Shown here piece by piece: positions 58,266 to 64,000 of a stretch of DNA of 64,000 nucleotides. Position numbers and translations under genes: made by a program. Within the stretch, counting starts at the first letter, position 1. The number at the start of each line of letters is the position of its first letter. The notes under the pieces were generated by a model. It saw only the letters and a program-made list of their open reading frames with translations, was not told where the DNA came from and did not search any database. The DNA is taken from positions 50,778,001-50,842,000 of the forward strand of contig OX597820.1 of the NCBI GenBank assembly GCA_951406725.2, read 5' to 3'. Source of the stretch: Octopus vulgaris (taxonomy: Eukaryota).

Positions 58266-60121
58266 TCAGTAGTTTTATTTTTATTTTTATAGCGTGCTTT
58301 CACTTCACTACCGAGCGCAGCTCTGTGTGCCTTGGGTATGTGCTGTGATTTGTTGTGATGCTCTGATGGTTATTGTATGGAAAGTGTTCTGCGTAGGATG
58401 TGTGCAGTGCCTAGTAGTGCAATTTTCTGTATGTTATATGTGTTTGTAAGTCCTGGTGTTTTTGTTATGTATTTGTCTGAATATTTTTTTATCATGCCTG
58501 AATGCACCTACTATGATAGGAATTGTTTCTGTTTTCAGATTCCACATTCTAGTTACCTCTATTTCCAGGTCTTTGTATTTTGAGAGTTTCTCCATTTCTT
58601 TTAGAGACACGTTGTCATCTGCCGGTACTGATACATCAATTAGAAAGCATTTTTTTCTTCATGGTCTCTGACAACTATATCTGGTCTGTTGGCCTTAATT
58701 TCTCTATCTGTGTGTATCGGCATATCCCAGAGTATGGTTGCTTTCTCGTTTTCTGTGACCTTTTCTGGTGTGTGCCTATACCATCTTTTTTCTGTTGTTA
58801 TTCCATAATGTTGGCATAGCTTCCAATGTATGTAAGTTCCAACTCTGTCATGTCTGTGAATATATTCCTTCTTAGCCAGGACTGGGCAGCTAGAGATAAT
58901 ATGATTTATTGTTTCTTGTCCATCTCCACATATTCTGCAGTTACTTGTAATATTTCTTTTCATTACATGTTTTTGGTAATTTCTGGTGGGGAGGCTTTGG
59001 TCTTGTGTTGCAATTAAAAATCCCTCTGTTTCTGCTTTGAGTCCTGAGCTTCTCAACCATTGCTGGGATTTTTCTTTGTCTATTTCTTTTGCGTTTAGTT
59101 TAGTCCAGTATTTACCATGAAGGGGCTTTTCTTGCCATCGTTTTTTATCATGGTTCGTTGCTGTTCTATTTTTAGTTTGGATTTCATTTTTTTATAGCTT
59201 TTGTTGTTTCTTCATCTTCTTCTTCTTCTTCATGTTTATTAGGTGGTATGATTTCTTGTTTGTATTTGTCAGCTTCCTTAAATACTGAGAACAGTTTTTT
59301 GTTTTGCTCGTGTTTTGCCGCTATCTGGATCAGTTTTCCTTCCTTCTGAAGTAGATATTTTTGCAGTCCTATGGTGGTTATTTTATAGTAGTTTTCCAGC
59401 TGTATAAGGCCTCTACCACCTTCTATACGTTGTATATATAGTCTTTCTATGTCAGATTTTGGGTGATGCATCCTAGATCCTGTCATTATTTTTCTTGTTT
59501 TCCTGTCTATTTTGGTCAATTCATTTCGTGTCCAGTTAAGGATATTGTAGCTGTAACTTATAACTGGGACAGCTAAAGTGTTGATACCTATTATCTTGTT
59601 TTTAGCATTGAGCTCTGTGTTTAGTATTGATCTAACTCGTCTATAATATTCTTTTTTTATTTTCTCTTTCATTTGTGTGTGTTGTGTCTTATCTAGTTCA
59701 TGGATTCCTAAGTATTTGTAAGTTTGGTTTTGGTCTAATTCTTTTATTTCATTTGCTTCATCTAGTGTGATGTTGTTACTCTTAACTAGTTTTCCTCTTT
59801 TCATGGTTACTTTGGCGCATTTTTCTAATCCAAATTTCATATCTATTTCTTTGGTAAATCCATGAACTGTCTTTAATAGTGTTTCCAGCTGTTTGTCATT
59901 TGCAGCGTTGATCGTTTTGGCTGATCGTAACATTTATATCCGCATCCAGTTCTATTTAGCATATCAGATAGAGGTGACAGTGCCAAGCAGAAAAGGAGTG
60001 GAGAGAGCGTATCTCCCTGGAATATTCCTCTTCTAATGGGGATGTCTTTGGTTTTCATGAGTCCCTCTTTTGTTTGGAGGTGTAGGACTGTTTGCCATTT
60101 ATTCATAGAGTGCTCTATGAA

Positions 60122-60124
<3 letters not shown>
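58266..60124 (-). mobile_element. Young 5'-truncated R4/Dong-type LINE within (TAA)n
   Basis: RRGIFQGDTLSPLLF, KFGLEKC, YKYLG, GGRGL, CRICGDGQETINHIISSC, RHDRVG, NRPDIVV, KYKDL; (TAA)n arrays on both sides; few frameshifts. Confidence 0.93.
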
Positions 60125-60211
<87 letters not shown>

Positions 60212-60367
60212 CCTACATTATATCGGTACAGCTCGATATAGCCCTGAAAAGCTGGTTCAACATTCAGTATCATTATACTGCGGCTGGCTTCAATGAATAG
60301 GAGTTTCATTTGCATATTCAAAACGTTTCCCGTAAACAAATTTAAAAGACACACAGGCACACACACA

Positions 60368-60399
<32 letters not shown>

Positions 60400-60417
60400 A
60401 AAACACACACACAAAAA

Positions 60418-60489
<72 letters not shown>

Positions 60490-60497
60490 GAATATCT

Positions 60498-60670
60498 TGT
60501 TGTGTCAGGGGAGAATAATTTTCTTTTTGTGCCTTATAATTTAATACACCCACCGGTAATATTTCAACTTATATCTTTTTTATTTTTAAAATTTTCGTTG
60601 AGTCTTGCAACCAGTGAGTGTATTAAATTATAAGGCACTAAAAGAGAATTGACTCTCCCCAGGCACAACA
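60498..60670. repeat. Small inverted-repeat element (~60-bp arms) in (TA)n
   Basis: TGTTGTG..GGGGAGA..GTGCCTTATAATTTAATACAC.CAC.GGT versus ACC.GTG.GTGTATTAAATTATAAGGCAC..TCTCCCC..CACAACA. Confidence 0.88.
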
Positions 60671-61100
60671 GAATATATATATATATATGTGTATGTGTGT
60701 GAGGGTGTGTGTGTGTGTGTCAGTTTGCATTTGTGCTTGTGTATATGTAGGAGAATTCCACATCGTCCGAAAGTGCCGATACATTTTTTTGATCAACCAA
60801 ATTACCTGTACCTGAATTAATGTCCAAGTGTCTGAACACACTCTGCAAACACATGTACTTTTATATAACTCTTAAGCAGTCAGTATGACACTACATATGA
60901 TAAAACTCTGCTTTTGAATTATTGTCATAATTCACAAGATTTATTAGTATTCGAGTCTGATCAATATATTTCAAAAAGTAAGAGGCTCTAGGTTGTAGAA
61001 TATTTCACATGGCGATATGCTAAGCTATTTTAATGAAACCATCCTACGCAGTTGGGTGGTCAAATTTTCGTCATACTAAATTTACTTTAATATGTATACA

Positions 61101-61164
<64 letters not shown>

Positions 61165-61168
<4 letters not shown>

Positions 61169-61740
61169 TCCCTTTCAGTGAACCTGGGAAGATCTTCAAG
61201 CACTTCTTTCATCTTGGTGATCAGCTCGGCATTAGTGTTGCACGCAGTGTGCTGTGTATCTTTCTCAACTGCGCCCATCACATAGTAACCTATGGGACTA
61301 CAATCTTGGGAATAAGGTCACCAGAAATTAGAGATGACAGAGTCGTAGAAATTCTCGGACAACAACTCGTTACTGTTTCTGTATGTATGGCAAGAAACCG
61401 AACCTGCCTGCCACTTTTAAGACTTTCCAGCAGCTACTCGCTCATGACAGAGATTGACCACAGTCATAAGCGGCTTCACAGGCCCTTTTCTAAAATGTGG
61501 AAATGAATCCAGACTTGAGAGCACAGTCGAAATGCCTGCTGTGCCCATTCCTGCTGGTCACGACATTGTAGTCCCTGTTGAATCCAGGTCACGTTTTACA
61601 GCTTTTACGTTGTTCACAAAGCATTGAGTAGCTTTTATAATGCTGGTATTTTCATAATCGCAACGAATCATAATGATACAGGTAACCCTTATACAATATT
61701 TACTTGGTCTCTGGTCCTCTGAATCAGCTAAGAAATTTCA
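61165..61740 (-). mobile_element. Tc1/mariner (maT-like) remnant
   Basis: GAVEKDTQHTACNTNAELITKMKEV homologous to the 24550-24660 transposase tail. Confidence 0.7.
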
Positions 61741-62294
61741 TCCTTATGGTTATCAATGTCATTGACTATTCCCCAATATATATTCCCCGAAAGAAATAGA
61801 TAACGCATGAAAACTCATCAAATATATTCCGAACTTCCTGTATGACCATCGCGTAACACAGAATTTAGGATACATCACTGCTAAAGATAAACCCAACGAT
61901 ATACCATTGCATATAAATATTATACATGAAGTCAAATAACCGTCCATCTATAAAAAGATAATTTATTTAGCTATATCAACAGGGGAGATCAACAAGTTCG
62001 TCTGAGAAACCGATATGAGGCAACAATTAAAATCACTGTTATTCATAAGAAAATAAAGCAGTTAATTTGCAGAAGCCAAACTTACAATTAGTCAGCAAAC
62101 GAAAATGGAAACCTGAAATAAACACTGAAATTTGAACAACTAATCAAAAATTGAGTCGTCACAGTTCTGGAGACCTGTGATGACAATTCAGCTTAAATAA
62201 ATTTAATTCCGTAATATATACATATCATACACCCACACATACATTCATACACACGCTCACACGCACGCACATACACACACATACACACACATAC

Positions 62295-62360
<66 letters not shown>

Positions 62361-63117
62361 GTAATAATAATTGAAGAAGTGGCTTGACACAATTTAAAAT
62401 CAAAGAGGAAATACTTCACGGTCACTAAAATTAACCAAGGGTGCAGTAAGCACCAACATTGCAAGAAAGATGAATCATAGTCTCTTTACTCAGAGAAGCG
62501 CATTTTTTCTTATTTGCACTGAGTGGGGAGACGACCCTACGACCGTAAGCGAGTTGCCTTAGATTAGCATGCTAATTTCCTATAGAAGTTAATTATCACC
62601 AGAGATGCTTACTCCTTCACGGATAGTAAAGCCGAACTTACGCCTGTCACTATTATAGGAATCAGTGGCTGATTACGCAAAATTAGAACGTATGCTTTTT
62701 GTGGCTAAAAATCTACGACTCTTATTTCTAGTAACGCTTTTGCTCATTGCACCCTTAGTAACTTTTAATGAAGTGAAATATTTCCTTTATTGGTTTTTAA
62801 ATGACGCCTGGCTCCCACAATTATTTTATAATTTTCACTTTTCCATTTTATGGACACTGTCACTGATTCCTATGATAGTTTATATAATGCTGACACGCGT
62901 GCATTGAGCTATACTATCCGTTATGCCATAAACATTACTGACGAGTATTAATTTCTATACAAAATCAGCATGCTAATCTAAAGCAACTCACTTAGAGTGA
63001 GGTAGGGGTTGAATTCCCTTTCAGTTCAAATTATAAGACGTGCTTTCTGTGGCTAAAGAGTTTATGACTTTTTATTTCTAGCAACAATGCCGAGGCTCAT
63101 TGCACCCATGGTTACTA
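62361..63117. mobile_element. PLE-like pLTR cluster: one minus copy (62361-62632) and two partial plus copies (62680-62826, 62908-63117)
   Basis: Shared CATTGCACCCWTRGT and GTGGCTAAA blocks; AGATTAGCATGCTAATTTCC mirrored by AAAATCAGCATGCTAATCT. Confidence 0.75.
62933..62984 (+). ncRNA. Degenerate hammerhead ribozyme (partner on minus at 62556-62607)
   Basis: Plus: TTA-CTGACGA-GTAT..ATAC-AAAA-TCAGCATGCTAA-TC-TAA; minus copy: CTGGTGA..GAAA-TTAGCATGCTAA-TC-TAAGG; the two copies carry different core lesions. Confidence 0.6.
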
Positions 63118-63131
63118 CTGGTGGCGGAGAA

Positions 63132-63264
<133 letters not shown>

Positions 63265-63296
63265 TGTGTGTGTTTGTGTGTGTGTGTGTATATATG

Positions 63297-63338
<42 letters not shown>

Positions 63339-63340
63339 AG

Positions 63341-63500
63341 TGCAGGAGTAGCAGTGTGGTAAGTAGCTTGCTAATGAACCACATGTTCCAGGGTTGAGTC
63401 CCACTGCGTGGCACCTTGGGTAAGTTTCTTCTACTATAGCCTCGCGGTGACCAAAGCCTTGTGAATGGAGTTGGAAGACGGAATCTGGAAGAGGCCCGTC

Positions 63501-63545
<45 letters not shown>

Positions 63546-63679
63546 TATATTTTTCTGTCTGTATTCACCCCCACCATCGCTTGACAAGTGATGTTCGTGT
63601 GTTTACATGCCTGTAACTTAGGGGTTCGGCAAAAGATATCGAAAGAATAAGTACTAGGCTTACAAAGAATAAGTCCTGG
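63341..63679 (+). mobile_element. tRNA-derived SINE with internal (TA)n
   Basis: A-box-like TAGCAGTGTGG, B-box-like GGTTGAGTCC, then CCACTGCGTGGCACCTTGGG and GAATAAGTAC tail. Confidence 0.85.
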
Positions 63680-63690
63680 AAAAGAATTTG

Positions 63691-64000
63691 TATGTGGTCT
63701 GATCAATAAGTATCAGGAGTGTTGCCATAGTAACGATAGTAAAGCCGCTTGACACAGATTGACCTCCAGCTCTCCTATCCATGCGCATCGAGATTAACGT
63801 TCTTGTTCACTTTCACTGTCCACAGTATTGCTTGGAAAAATGGGGTGTAGCGCGTGATCGTCAATGACAGGGAAAGTTGAGCAGAGTATTTATATCAAAC
63901 TTTTGCCAAACGCTTGTCGATACCTGCTCGGAGGCCTACGCAATATTTTCAAGAAATTTTCATCGTTCTCAACACAATTAAGGAGTTCATCAGTAACCGA
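63691..64000 (+). mobile_element. Mariner 5' end remnant with an inverted internal fragment at the window edge
   Basis: TIR-like TATGTGGTCTGATCAATAAGTATC; KVEQS.YIK../CQ.L.DTCSEAY start; 63940-64000 reads DELLNCVENDENFL on minus. Confidence 0.65.

Overview
AT-rich eukaryotic, repeat-dominated window, very likely from a coleoid cephalopod (Octopus-like); this is inferred from the microsatellite load and recognisable SINE/LINE families. No intact host gene is supported. Most ORF-track entries are translations of (TA)n, (CA)n, (TAA)n, (TAG)n and (GAA)n tracts. The real content is transposon-derived: (i) CR1/L2-type LINE fragments, one with an uninterrupted RT frame at 5780-7172; (ii) several R4/Dong-type RLE LINE fragments, mostly beside (TAA)n; (iii) a decayed Gypsy LTR element; (iv) Tc1/mariner remnants and tRNA-derived SINEs; (v) Penelope-like (PLE) remnants with GIY-YIG endonuclease. 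The most striking hidden structure is a set of minimal type-I hammerhead ribozyme (HHR) motifs from several unrelated sequence families. Many are arranged as outward-facing inverted pairs: a perfect 158-bp palindrome at 49925-50082 and diverged ones at 10037-10466, 10869-11185, 31356-33650 and 62361-63117. Several have non-canonical 10.1/11.1 positions, one has a much extended stem II, and one is followed by a tRNA-like module. All structures were read by eye; no folding, alignment or database search was run.
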